From IMG/VR virus record IMGVR_UViG_3300025369_000001, positions 1 to 47,648 of that record: DNA of 47,648 nt; one strand, 5' to 3'. Source of the stretch: a virus. Taxonomy: Duplodnaviria; Caudoviricetes. This document shows positions 1-8,762 of this stretch, piece after piece. Positions within the stretch are counted from its first letter, which is position 1. Every line of letters begins with the position of its first letter. The translations under genes and the position numbers were made by a program. The notes beneath the pieces are model-generated. The model made no database searches. It had not been told where the DNA came from and saw nothing but the letters and a program-made list of their open reading frames with translations.

Positions 1-99
1 GACAAAATTATCCCCTTACCTACAACAGATGGTAGGCAAAGAAAATATTGGTAAAGATGCAGCACAACTCTACCCACTCATAGTACAAAAATTCCTTGA
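1..99. repeat. 99-bp terminal direct repeat (left copy), probable circular-assembly overlap
   Basis: 1-99 is identical to 47550-47648 and lies inside a continuous ORF. Confidence 0.95.
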
Positions 100-1018
100 A
101 GATGTCAAAAAACAAGGCATTGATGTCAATACACAACAAGGCTTACAAAGACTACAAGTTCTATCTGCTGTTAAGGGCTATGGTCAAGTCTTACCTCTTG
201 ATGAGCAATTAAGAATACTTAAACTACAAAAAGAGTTCCCAGAGACAGTAGAGCGATATAAACAATTAGTTCCAGCAGTCGGTCTTACCCCAGAAGAAGA
301 AAAAAGAGCGCAGACTATTGAGACTACTATTGAAACCTTCTTTACGACTTTAAAAGTAACTATTGAAAGAAAAATTTTACAAGCATTTACTCCATCTAAA
401 TTAGGTATTGCAGAATATATATTTGCTCCTTTAATTAAAATCTTAGGTGAGCTTGTAGATGCACTTAGAAGGGCTTTTGGTCAAGTGTCACAAGTTAATA
501 AGACTTTAAATCCAGCAGGATCTGAGACTATTAGCTCTGCACAACAAAAAAGTAATAAACAACAAATTATTGATTTCCTTGCAAGCAAAGGATTTACAAA
601 AGCTCAAATCGCTGGTGTTCTTGGTAATTTCTATGCTGAAAGTGGCTATAACCCTAATGCTCTACAAAAAGGCGGATCAGGTGTAGGTATTGCTCAATGG
701 GATACTGCTCGTCAAAAAGAATTTGAATCATTGTTTGGTCATTCATTAAAAGGAAGTACTTTACAAGAACAATTACAATTCTTCCTATATGAACTAAATC
801 ATAAAGAAGCTATGGCTGGAGAAGCTCTTAAAAAGGCTGCTACACCTACAGAAGCTTCTAAAATCATTACTCAACAATATGAGAGACCAGCTAATATGGG
901 TTATGAAACCTATAAAAGAGAGATGTACTCTAATGCTATTAGTGTTAATATCAATAACAATACTGGCGGAAATGCTACTGCTTCTGCTGTAGGTATGGCA
1001 ACTGTAGGAAATCCATGA
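2..1018 (+). CDS. 3' part of tape measure protein with C-terminal phage tail lysozyme domain
   Basis: Frame is open from base 2 and continues the ORF starting at 47038 (about 509 aa in total); motifs AGVLGNFYAESG, GIAQW and YERP are typical of phage tail lysozyme. Confidence 0.85.
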   Translation, partial: TKLSPYLQQMVGKENIGKDAAQLYPLIVQKFLEDVKKQGIDVNTQQGLQRLQVLSAVKGYGQVLPLDEQLRILKLQKEFPETVERYKQLVPAVGLTPEEEKRAQTIETTIETFFTTLKVTIERKILQAFTPSKLGIAEYIFAPLIKILGELVDALRRAFGQVSQVNKTLNPAGSETISSAQQKSNKQQIIDFLASKGFTKAQIAGVLGNFYAESGYNPNALQKGGSGVGIAQWDTARQKEFESLFGHSLKGSTLQEQLQFFLYELNHKEAMAGEALKKAATPTEASKIITQQYERPANMGYETYKREMYSNAISVNINNNTGGNATASAVGMATVGNP

Positions 1019-1722
1019 TTACTTCACAACAAATTCAATTTCAATACCAATATGAAATAGCTCCTATTCTTTTGGTAAATGGATTAGCTGCTAATTTGCC
1101 TAATGGTTTAATGAGTATATTAACTCTTACTGAGGGTGCTGATATATTTTACCCAGATGCCAATGATTATTTTGCTCACTTTAAAGTAGTGGGTGGTAAT
1201 TCATTACAAGAATGGCAAGTCGCTGAATATCCTTTTGCATCTATTCAAATGGCTGCCAATGCTGTTATTCAAATGCCTTTAAAGGTAAGTCTAATGATGG
1301 CTTGTCCAGCACAAAACAATGGTAATGGATACTTTGAAAAACAAGCTGTTTTAACTAATTTAAAAACACAATTAGATAATCATATTTTGGCAGGCGGTAC
1401 TTTTATTGTAGCCACTCCTGCTTATACCTATTCAAATTGTATTTTGACTAATTTAAGAGATGTAAGTACTTTAAGCGATAAACAAGTCCAATTTATGTAT
1501 CAATGGGATTTTGTACAACCATTAGTCACTCAACAAGCAGCAACAGCGACCTATAACAATCTAATGACTAAAATAGGTAATGGCACTCCAACTCCTACTA
1601 ATCTGGACAACTGGGGCGGCACTGGAGCTAATATTGGCGCTTCACAAAATTATCAACCACAAAGCAATGCTTCCTTGTTCTCTAATGGAACAGGCACACC
1701 AACTAATATCTCATTACCATGA
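1015..1722 (+). CDS. baseplate/tail tube initiator-like protein
   Basis: First gene after the tape measure; AEYP motif; position in a myovirus baseplate operon. Confidence 0.55.
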   Translation: MITSQQIQFQYQYEIAPILLVNGLAANLPNGLMSILTLTEGADIFYPDANDYFAHFKVVGGNSLQEWQVAEYPFASIQMAANAVIQMPLKVSLMMACPAQNNGNGYFEKQAVLTNLKTQLDNHILAGGTFIVATPAYTYSNCILTNLRDVSTLSDKQVQFMYQWDFVQPLVTQQAATATYNNLMTKIGNGTPTPTNLDNWGGTGANIGASQNYQPQSNASLFSNGTGTPTNISLP

Positions 1723-1991
1723 CCACTTTTGTAGCCTTTAATCCTTCTCCATCAGCTAATTTTCAGTTTAACCCTGTATTAGATGGCACAACTTACACTG
1801 CAATTTGCACTTGGAATGGTTATGGCAATAGATACTATATTAATATTTATGATGCTTTTAAAACTCTTATATTAAGCATTCCAATTATTGCTTCACCTGA
1901 TAATTACGATATTAATTTAGTTAAAAACTATTTCTTTACTTCTACCTTAGTTTATAGAGCTTCATCAGGAAATTTTGAAGTGACACCATGA
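1719..1991 (+). CDS. small baseplate (plug-like) protein
   Basis: 90 aa, ATGA-coupled, located between initiator and hub. Confidence 0.5.
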   Translation: MTTFVAFNPSPSANFQFNPVLDGTTYTAICTWNGYGNRYYINIYDAFKTLILSIPIIASPDNYDINLVKNYFFTSTLVYRASSGNFEVTP

Positions 1992-2959
1992 GATACTATG
2001 ATATTGTCATTACTGATTCTAAAACAGGAAAAATAATAAATCAGTTCACTAGCTTAAATAGTGATAACTCTAATAATGGTGCTGCGCTTCAAGTTGAACT
2101 GGATATGTTCCAGAATTTTTTTCATGCTCCAGCTCAAAATCCCTATATAAAAATTACTGGGGTTACCTATGAAACTATCAGCCAAGCTTCTAATTTAAAC
2201 AATCAAACTATATCAGTTTCAGTAGGTATGAATATTGGATTGCCTTTAGCTAACCCACAAGAAAGAGGAATTGTATTGCAAGGTACAATTTGGCAAGCTT
2301 TTGGTAATTGGCAAGGTAATGAAGTCAGCCTTCACCTTATTGTAGTGCCTTTAATTTATGATTCTACTAAAGAGCCAAATCTTACTGGTATTTGGTATAA
2401 AGGCACAACTATGCAAAAATTTGTAACTAGCACCTTAAATCAAGCTTTTCCTGGTGTAAATATCACAGGTAATTTTTCTACCAATTTAGTTTATACAGAA
2501 GATCAGCCTTTTTATAATTACAATCTACAGCAATTCTCAGAAAAAATGAATGAGCTTAGCAAGTATATTATTAAAGATCCTAAGTATATTGGAGCTAGTA
2601 TTGCTTCTACTTCTAATGGATTTGTTTTATCAGATGGTATAGGAGATACAGGTCAATCTAATTCATTAACCAATCCTACACAGATTAGTTATTACGATAT
2701 TATAGGTAATCTAACTTGGTTAGATTTATACACTATACAGGCTAAAGTGGTGATGAGAGGTGACTTAACTGTAGGTCAATATATCAAATTCCCTAAAGGC
2801 GCACCTTTATTAAATACTACAAACAGTTTTACTCAATTTAGGAATGATATATCTTTTCAAGGTACATTCCAGATACAACAGATCCGCCATGTAGGTAATA
2901 GTCGCCAAGCAGATGCTAATAGCTGGTGTAGTGTAATTGATGCCTATATTTCACAATAA
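1988..2959 (+). CDS. baseplate hub protein
   Basis: Size, synteny and C-terminal GTFQIQQIRHVGNSR...W motif. Confidence 0.65.
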   Translation: MRYYDIVITDSKTGKIINQFTSLNSDNSNNGAALQVELDMFQNFFHAPAQNPYIKITGVTYETISQASNLNNQTISVSVGMNIGLPLANPQERGIVLQGTIWQAFGNWQGNEVSLHLIVVPLIYDSTKEPNLTGIWYKGTTMQKFVTSTLNQAFPGVNITGNFSTNLVYTEDQPFYNYNLQQFSEKMNELSKYIIKDPKYIGASIASTSNGFVLSDGIGDTGQSNSLTNPTQISYYDIIGNLTWLDLYTIQAKVVMRGDLTVGQYIKFPKGAPLLNTTNSFTQFRNDISFQGTFQIQQIRHVGNSRQADANSWCSVIDAYISQ

Positions 2960-2969
2960 TGGATAAAAA

Positions 2970-3605
2970 ATGACAATCTCACAAAAAGTCCCCTTTGCCC
3001 AAACCATTAATAAATTCTCTAAAAACAAAATTGAGAATCAATTACAAAATCTTGGTCAGGCTTTACCTTGCTCTGTGGTTTCAATTAGTGGAGCTATTGT
3101 TACTGTAGCTTTTGAGGTTAATGTCCCAGAAGGTATTACTTTGCCACAAGTGACTTGTCCTATCGCTGAAAGTCAATATACAAGGTTACCTATTCAGCCA
3201 GGCGATAAAGGTGTTGTAATGGGCGCTAATGCTCGTCTAGGTGGTATATCTGGACTAGGATTAGGATTAGCTGATCTTGTAAATCCTACCAATCTTGGTG
3301 GTCTTATTTTTGTACCTATTGGCAATAAGAATTGGTTTAATGTCGATGGTAAATATTTATTTATGTACGGAGTTAATGGAGTAGAGCTTACTACTATTAA
3401 TCAAGACTGTACCCTTACTTTAAACTCATCTGGAATATCTATTAATCTTAATGGTGGCACTCTAAATATCAGTAATGGAAGTGTTATAATTAATGGCAAT
3501 ATTCAAACTACAGGCACTTTAACTAATAATGGTGTAAATATTAGTAGTACTCACGAACACTCAGGAGTACAAACAGGCTCTGGAAATACAGGAACTCCAA
3601 TATAA
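2970..3605 (+). CDS. baseplate central spike (gpV/Gp138-like)
   Basis: OB-like N-terminus, beta-repeats and C-terminal THEHSGV (HxH) metal-binding tip. Confidence 0.8.
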   Translation: MTISQKVPFAQTINKFSKNKIENQLQNLGQALPCSVVSISGAIVTVAFEVNVPEGITLPQVTCPIAESQYTRLPIQPGDKGVVMGANARLGGISGLGLGLADLVNPTNLGGLIFVPIGNKNWFNVDGKYLFMYGVNGVELTTINQDCTLTLNSSGISINLNGGTLNISNGSVIINGNIQTTGTLTNNGVNISSTHEHSGVQTGSGNTGTPI

Positions 3606-4246
3606 TGAGAACTTATGGTATAGATCCAAACACAAATCAATGGACTTTATTAACTCAAGCTCCATACCAAAATGCTTCCAATCCTGTTGTTTACAATTTT
3701 ACAGACAGTGTTGGCGATATTTTTACAGTATCTAGTACTATTTACACAGCTACTATAGATTTTAGTTTACCACCTATTACTATTAATCAAGGTGATACTA
3801 TTCAAAATAATACTATTACAGATTCTTATGGAAATACTCTAGTAAATACTTGGTCAAATGTCACACAAAATGTACTTTTGCCAACTGCACCGCCCCCACA
3901 ATATATTCTTAAACCTGTTAATAATTCATCATTTAATACTTGGAATTTGCAACAAGGTGAAGTAGTGCAAGTAAGTGTAGGTTATATTTGGCTTACTACC
4001 CTTGTTCAGACTTTAAGGCTTATTGAAGGCGAAAGTCCTTTTTATGGCAATTATGGCATTCCTGCATATAAATCAGTACATACTCAAATTGCACCAGATG
4101 CAGCAGTTTCAAGAACTCAATCTCAATATTCACCTCATTTTGCAAGTTTAGCTGTATCAAAACAACAATTAGCAGCTCAACCGACTTATAATATCTCAGC
4201 AATATTTACTGACGGAACTACTATTCAATCCGTCATAGCGACTTAA
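3605..4246 (+). CDS. baseplate wedge/sheath initiator-like protein with probable internal insertion
   Basis: Lies between spike and baseplate J; GESPFYGNYGIP motif. Confidence 0.55.
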   Translation: MRTYGIDPNTNQWTLLTQAPYQNASNPVVYNFTDSVGDIFTVSSTIYTATIDFSLPPITINQGDTIQNNTITDSYGNTLVNTWSNVTQNVLLPTAPPPQYILKPVNNSSFNTWNLQQGEVVQVSVGYIWLTTLVQTLRLIEGESPFYGNYGIPAYKSVHTQIAPDAAVSRTQSQYSPHFASLAVSKQQLAAQPTYNISAIFTDGTTIQSVIAT

Positions 4247-4256
4247 AGGATAAAAA

Positions 4257-5660
4257 ATGGCAATTATTACTAAATCAGGTGCAGTACCAAGTAGCCCAAC
4301 CGACCTATTAAATGCAGAAATAGCAGCCGCTACTGCATTAGCTCCTGGACTCACTGCAAATTTACCAGGATCTCTTGTTGAGGATATGGCTTCTACCGCT
4401 GCTGGCGCTGTAGTGGTTCAGGATTTAGCCTATGTCGATTTAGTTAATTCAATTAGCCCTTACACAGCTAACCCATATATTCTTTATCAATTAGGTTCAG
4501 TTTATGGTGTTCAACAAGGTCAAGGATCTAACACTTCTGTATATGTCAATTTTACAGGCACTCCAGGATTTATTATTCCTAGAGGTTTTATAGTATCAGA
4601 TGGTACTCATCAATACTCCGTACAAGATGGCGGATCTATTGCTGCCACAGGTCAAAGTAGCGCATTATATTGTTTAGCTACAGTTTCTGGATCTTGGGCT
4701 GTTCCTGTAGGTACTGTAACTCAAATCATTACTTCTGTACCTAGCACAGTAACCTTAACAGTTACCAACTTAACTACTGGACTTCCAGGTGCTACTGCTC
4801 AACCTTTAGCAGATTATCAAGCTCAAGTCATTCAAGCTGGTTTAGCAACTGCTCAAGGTATGCCTACCTTTTTAAAAGCTCAATTAAATAAAGTATCTGG
4901 AGTTCAATCAAGACTTGTATCTGTAAGAAATCCAGGCGCTAATCAATGGGAAGTTATTTGCGGTGGTGGCGATCCATACCAAGTAGGCAATGCTATCTAT
5001 CAAGGTCTTTTTGATATATCTAATTTAGTAGGTTCTACAATTACTGTATCTAGCATTACTACAGGAACTAATGCAGTCATTAATACTGGATCTTATTTTG
5101 GTCAATATACAGTGGGTGAAGTCATTACAGTGGCAGGAGCTACTCCTTCTACATTTAATGGTACTTATACTGTAACTGCTATAGCTAACAATCTTGTAAC
5201 TACAAGCAAGAATACTTCTACTTTTGGTACTTATACCTCTGGTGGTGTCATAACTCCTAATTATAGAAATGTCACAGTATCTATTAATGATTATCCAGAT
5301 TCTTACAATATTACTTTTGTAAACCCACCACAACAAGCTGTAACAGTATCTCTTACTTGGAATACTATATCAACTAACTATATCTCACCTACTGCGGTAG
5401 CTGCATTAGGTCAGCCAGCTATTGTTAATTATATTAATTCTATTGTAGTAGGTCAGCCTATCAATACTTATTCATTAGAAGATGCTTTCCAAAATGCAAT
5501 TGAATCTATTATTCCTCAAGACTTAATATCTAAATTAGTATTTGCAATTGCAATTAATGGAGTATCTGTATCACCAGCAGCAGGCAGTTTATTGATTTAT
5601 GGTGATCCTGAATCTTATTTCCAAACTAATACAAGCTTAGTAACTATTACTCAAGGCTAA
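4257..5660 (+). CDS. baseplate J-like wedge protein
   Basis: LTANLPGSLVED and FTGTPGFIIPRG motifs; synteny. Confidence 0.8.
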   Translation: MAIITKSGAVPSSPTDLLNAEIAAATALAPGLTANLPGSLVEDMASTAAGAVVVQDLAYVDLVNSISPYTANPYILYQLGSVYGVQQGQGSNTSVYVNFTGTPGFIIPRGFIVSDGTHQYSVQDGGSIAATGQSSALYCLATVSGSWAVPVGTVTQIITSVPSTVTLTVTNLTTGLPGATAQPLADYQAQVIQAGLATAQGMPTFLKAQLNKVSGVQSRLVSVRNPGANQWEVICGGGDPYQVGNAIYQGLFDISNLVGSTITVSSITTGTNAVINTGSYFGQYTVGEVITVAGATPSTFNGTYTVTAIANNLVTTSKNTSTFGTYTSGGVITPNYRNVTVSINDYPDSYNITFVNPPQQAVTVSLTWNTISTNYISPTAVAALGQPAIVNYINSIVVGQPINTYSLEDAFQNAIESIIPQDLISKLVFAIAINGVSVSPAAGSLLIYGDPESYFQTNTSLVTITQG

Positions 5661-5662
5661 TA

Positions 5663-6373
5663 ATGCAAACCAAGATATTACCTTCTTATCTTTATTCGCA
5701 ATATACAGGGCATGATAGCACTCAGTATTTGCAAGCCTTTTTTGATGCCTACAATACAACTGCACAACAATATTTAGATCAAATCAATAACCTTAATTTA
5801 CCTATTTATACTAGCACAAGTATCTCAGGTAATTTATTAGACTGGGTGGCTCTAGGTATTTATGGTTTAAAAAGACCTGTAATCCCACAAGGCTACTACA
5901 AAAATAAAGGTGAGTATAATACTACTCACTTAAATGAAGGTAACTATAATGCTTTAAAAAAATTAGCTCCTACAGCTTTTTATAATGTCACTGACGATAT
6001 ATTTAAAAGGTGCATTACTTGGAACTTCTATAAAGGCGATGGATACCAATTTAATATTAGATGGCTTAAAAATAGAATAGCTAGATTTTTAGCTGGTGTT
6101 AATGGAACTGATCCTAAGCTTGATAATACCTATCAAATTAGTGTTACTTTTGCTGCAACCGATGTAGTTAATATTAATGTCAAAAAAGGCATTCTAACCA
6201 CTAAAGGTGGTGCTTTATTTGATACTTTTGAACTAGATCAATTGCCTATGAATCAACCTACTATTTTTAAGACTTATATACCTACAAATTTATTTCCTAT
6301 ATTACAGGCTGCAATTAATGCAGGAGTTTTACAATTACCCTTTCAATACACTTATAATCTAACTTTGACATAA
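5663..6373 (+). CDS. baseplate wedge protein (P2 gpI / DUF2612-like)
   Basis: GNLLDWVALGIYGLKRP motif; follows baseplate J. Confidence 0.65.
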   Translation: MQTKILPSYLYSQYTGHDSTQYLQAFFDAYNTTAQQYLDQINNLNLPIYTSTSISGNLLDWVALGIYGLKRPVIPQGYYKNKGEYNTTHLNEGNYNALKKLAPTAFYNVTDDIFKRCITWNFYKGDGYQFNIRWLKNRIARFLAGVNGTDPKLDNTYQISVTFAATDVVNINVKKGILTTKGGALFDTFELDQLPMNQPTIFKTYIPTNLFPILQAAINAGVLQLPFQYTYNLTLT

Positions 6374-6382
6374 GAGACCGCT

Positions 6383-7825
6383 ATGACTATCTATTTATTT
6401 GCCAATAATGCACAAACAACCCTAGCTAATTCTTTAACTAGCTCGGCTACCACAGCTACTTTAGCTCCAGGCACAGGATCTTTATTTCCTAGTCCTTCTA
6501 CTGGTCAAGGCTTTAAGCTTACTTTTGTAGATGCTGCTACTGGTCTTTTAAATGAAATTGTATTGGTAACAGCCAGATCAGGCGATGTAGTAACTATTCT
6601 GCGAGGACAGGAAGGCACAACACCTCAGTCTTGGCTTGCTGGTGATTTAGCAGGTATGCTTTATACAGCAGGTACACAAAATAACAATATCCAGATTGAC
6701 CAATACCAAATTGGTACTTATGACTTTGCTGTAGCAGGAGGAACTGCCAATTCTTTAACAGCAACTATTCCTTCTAATTTAGCTTATATCCCTACTAATT
6801 TTACTTTTACTCTACAAGCTTCTAATGCAAATACTGGAGCAACTACTCTTAATTTAACTATGGGAACTACAACTACTGGAGTTTATCCTTTAGTAAAAGC
6901 TAATAATCAACCTTTAGTTTTAGGTGATATTCCTAATTCTGGTTATCCAATGCTTGTATCTTGGAGTCCTGTATATAGTGCTTATGTCTTACAAAACCCA
7001 GCTACAGGTCAAGGCGCTGTTGTAACCCCAACTCAGTTACAACAACAATATTGGCTTTATGGTGTTGCTACAGGTGGCGCTAATACTATTGCTACAACTA
7101 TACCTTCTCCATTAACTTCTTTAACAGATGGTATGCAAGTGTATGTAAGAACTCTTTATGCTAATAGTACAGCAACTCCTAATTTAACTCTTACTTTAGG
7201 ATCTACTGCAACAGCAACAACTACTATTGTAAAAGGCAATAATTTACCTTTAACACCTGGAGATATTCCTGGCTCTGGTTATGTCGCTGAGTTTGTTTAC
7301 AGCACTCAATTTGGTAAATGGATATTATTAAATCCTTTTACTAATCAATTGACTTTACCTGCTGGAACAGTAATTCAAACTCAAGCTGCAAGTAGCACTT
7401 CTGGATTCTCTACTAATAATACTTTAGGTATCAATGTCTTAAGCCTTAATATTGTTCCTCAATATGCTAATAGTAAAATTTTAGTTCAAATGAATTGCCC
7501 TGTATTAGCATTTAAAGGTGAGTCTAATGGTGCATTTATGGATATTTATAGGGGAGCTACTTTAATATCAACTACTTATTTAGGTAATGGAGCAGAAGAT
7601 GCACCACCAGCATTAGGAAATTTAACAAGTATTTATTTAGATAGTCCTGCAACTACCTCTACTGTGACTTATAATATGGTTATTGGATCAATTGACGATC
7701 CTGATGCAGACAATGACGCTTGTACAGTTTATGGTGGAACTGCTGTTACAGCACAACAAACACCAGCTTATATTAATGTACCAGTAGGAAACTACAGCAT
7801 CATACTACAAGAAATTAAACAATAA
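6383..7825 (+). CDS. tail fibre protein 1
   Basis: N-terminal FANNAQTTLA...RGQEGT anchor domain, Thr-rich, internally duplicated module. Confidence 0.75.
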   Translation: MTIYLFANNAQTTLANSLTSSATTATLAPGTGSLFPSPSTGQGFKLTFVDAATGLLNEIVLVTARSGDVVTILRGQEGTTPQSWLAGDLAGMLYTAGTQNNNIQIDQYQIGTYDFAVAGGTANSLTATIPSNLAYIPTNFTFTLQASNANTGATTLNLTMGTTTTGVYPLVKANNQPLVLGDIPNSGYPMLVSWSPVYSAYVLQNPATGQGAVVTPTQLQQQYWLYGVATGGANTIATTIPSPLTSLTDGMQVYVRTLYANSTATPNLTLTLGSTATATTTIVKGNNLPLTPGDIPGSGYVAEFVYSTQFGKWILLNPFTNQLTLPAGTVIQTQAASSTSGFSTNNTLGINVLSLNIVPQYANSKILVQMNCPVLAFKGESNGAFMDIYRGATLISTTYLGNGAEDAPPALGNLTSIYLDSPATTSTVTYNMVIGSIDDPDADNDACTVYGGTAVTAQQTPAYINVPVGNYSIILQEIKQ

Positions 7826-7836
7826 AGGAAAAAATT

Positions 7837-8115
7837 ATGGAAAACCCATCAAATTATGGCAGTCCAATTACAGGTACACTTACTGGTACAACTGCAACCA
7901 CTTCATTAAACAATCAAAGAATCCCATCAACTGTAGTATTAAACTCAGTGGCAGGTGGAAGAACTATTCAATTTAGCTTTGATAATGGAGCTACTTTCTA
8001 TCCAGCAGTGACACCTACTTATAGTGAAACTTCACAGATAGCTTATGTACTTAATTTTCCTGTAACTACTATTAAATTTACTGGCGCAACTAACGACACC
8101 TATAGCATTCTATAA
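7837..8115 (+). CDS. hypothetical small virion protein
   Basis: AAAGGA RBS; located in the fibre cluster. Confidence 0.55.
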   Translation: MENPSNYGSPITGTLTGTTATTSLNNQRIPSTVVLNSVAGGRTIQFSFDNGATFYPAVTPTYSETSQIAYVLNFPVTTIKFTGATNDTYSIL

Positions 8116-8124
8116 GGGGATTTT

Positions 8125-8760
8125 ATGTCAATCTATCTTTTTACTAACAATGCTCAGACGACATTAGCATCGCCTATTACTGCTGGTGCTACTACCTGTA
8201 CTTTAGCTACAGGTCAAGGCGCTAAATTTCCTAGCCCATCAACTGGTCAAGTATTTACTTTAACCTTTAATGATGCAGCCACAGGTCTTTTATCTGAGAT
8301 TTGTCTTTGTACTGCAAGATCAGCAGATACTTTAACCATTATAAGAGGTCAAGAAGGCACAACACCTCAGTCTTGGCTTGCTGGTGACTTTGCATCTAAC
8401 TATCTAACTGCTGCTGCTTCTAATGCCTTTGCTCAAACACAAAGTAATATACCTACAGTTAAGTCAGTAACAACAGCTTTTTATACACAACTTTCTACTG
8501 ATACTACCTTATCAATTAATATTGCTTCAGACTGCACAATTACACTATTAAATCCTGCTTCATATAATGGCAATATACTTTATATTAAAAATATACAAGG
8601 CTATCAAGTATTAAGCGCTACAGCTAATATAGTCCCTGCTGGATCTACTACACTTACTTCTGTGATTTTAGAAGCTGTTGTAGGAACTTCATGTATGTTG
8701 CAATCAGATGGAACAAATTGGAATGTCATTAGTACATCTTTTCAACCTAGTGGGTTCTAA
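8125..8760 (+). CDS. short tail fibre protein 2
   Basis: N-terminal ~100 aa is paralogous to 6383 and 8763. Confidence 0.7.
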   Translation: MSIYLFTNNAQTTLASPITAGATTCTLATGQGAKFPSPSTGQVFTLTFNDAATGLLSEICLCTARSADTLTIIRGQEGTTPQSWLAGDFASNYLTAAASNAFAQTQSNIPTVKSVTTAFYTQLSTDTTLSINIASDCTITLLNPASYNGNILYIKNIQGYQVLSATANIVPAGSTTLTSVILEAVVGTSCMLQSDGTNWNVISTSFQPSGF

Positions 8761-8762
8761 AG

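Noticed and set aside
1-99. Biological terminal repeat
   Set aside because: Exactly 99 bp and in the middle of a gene; better explained as an assembler k-mer overlap
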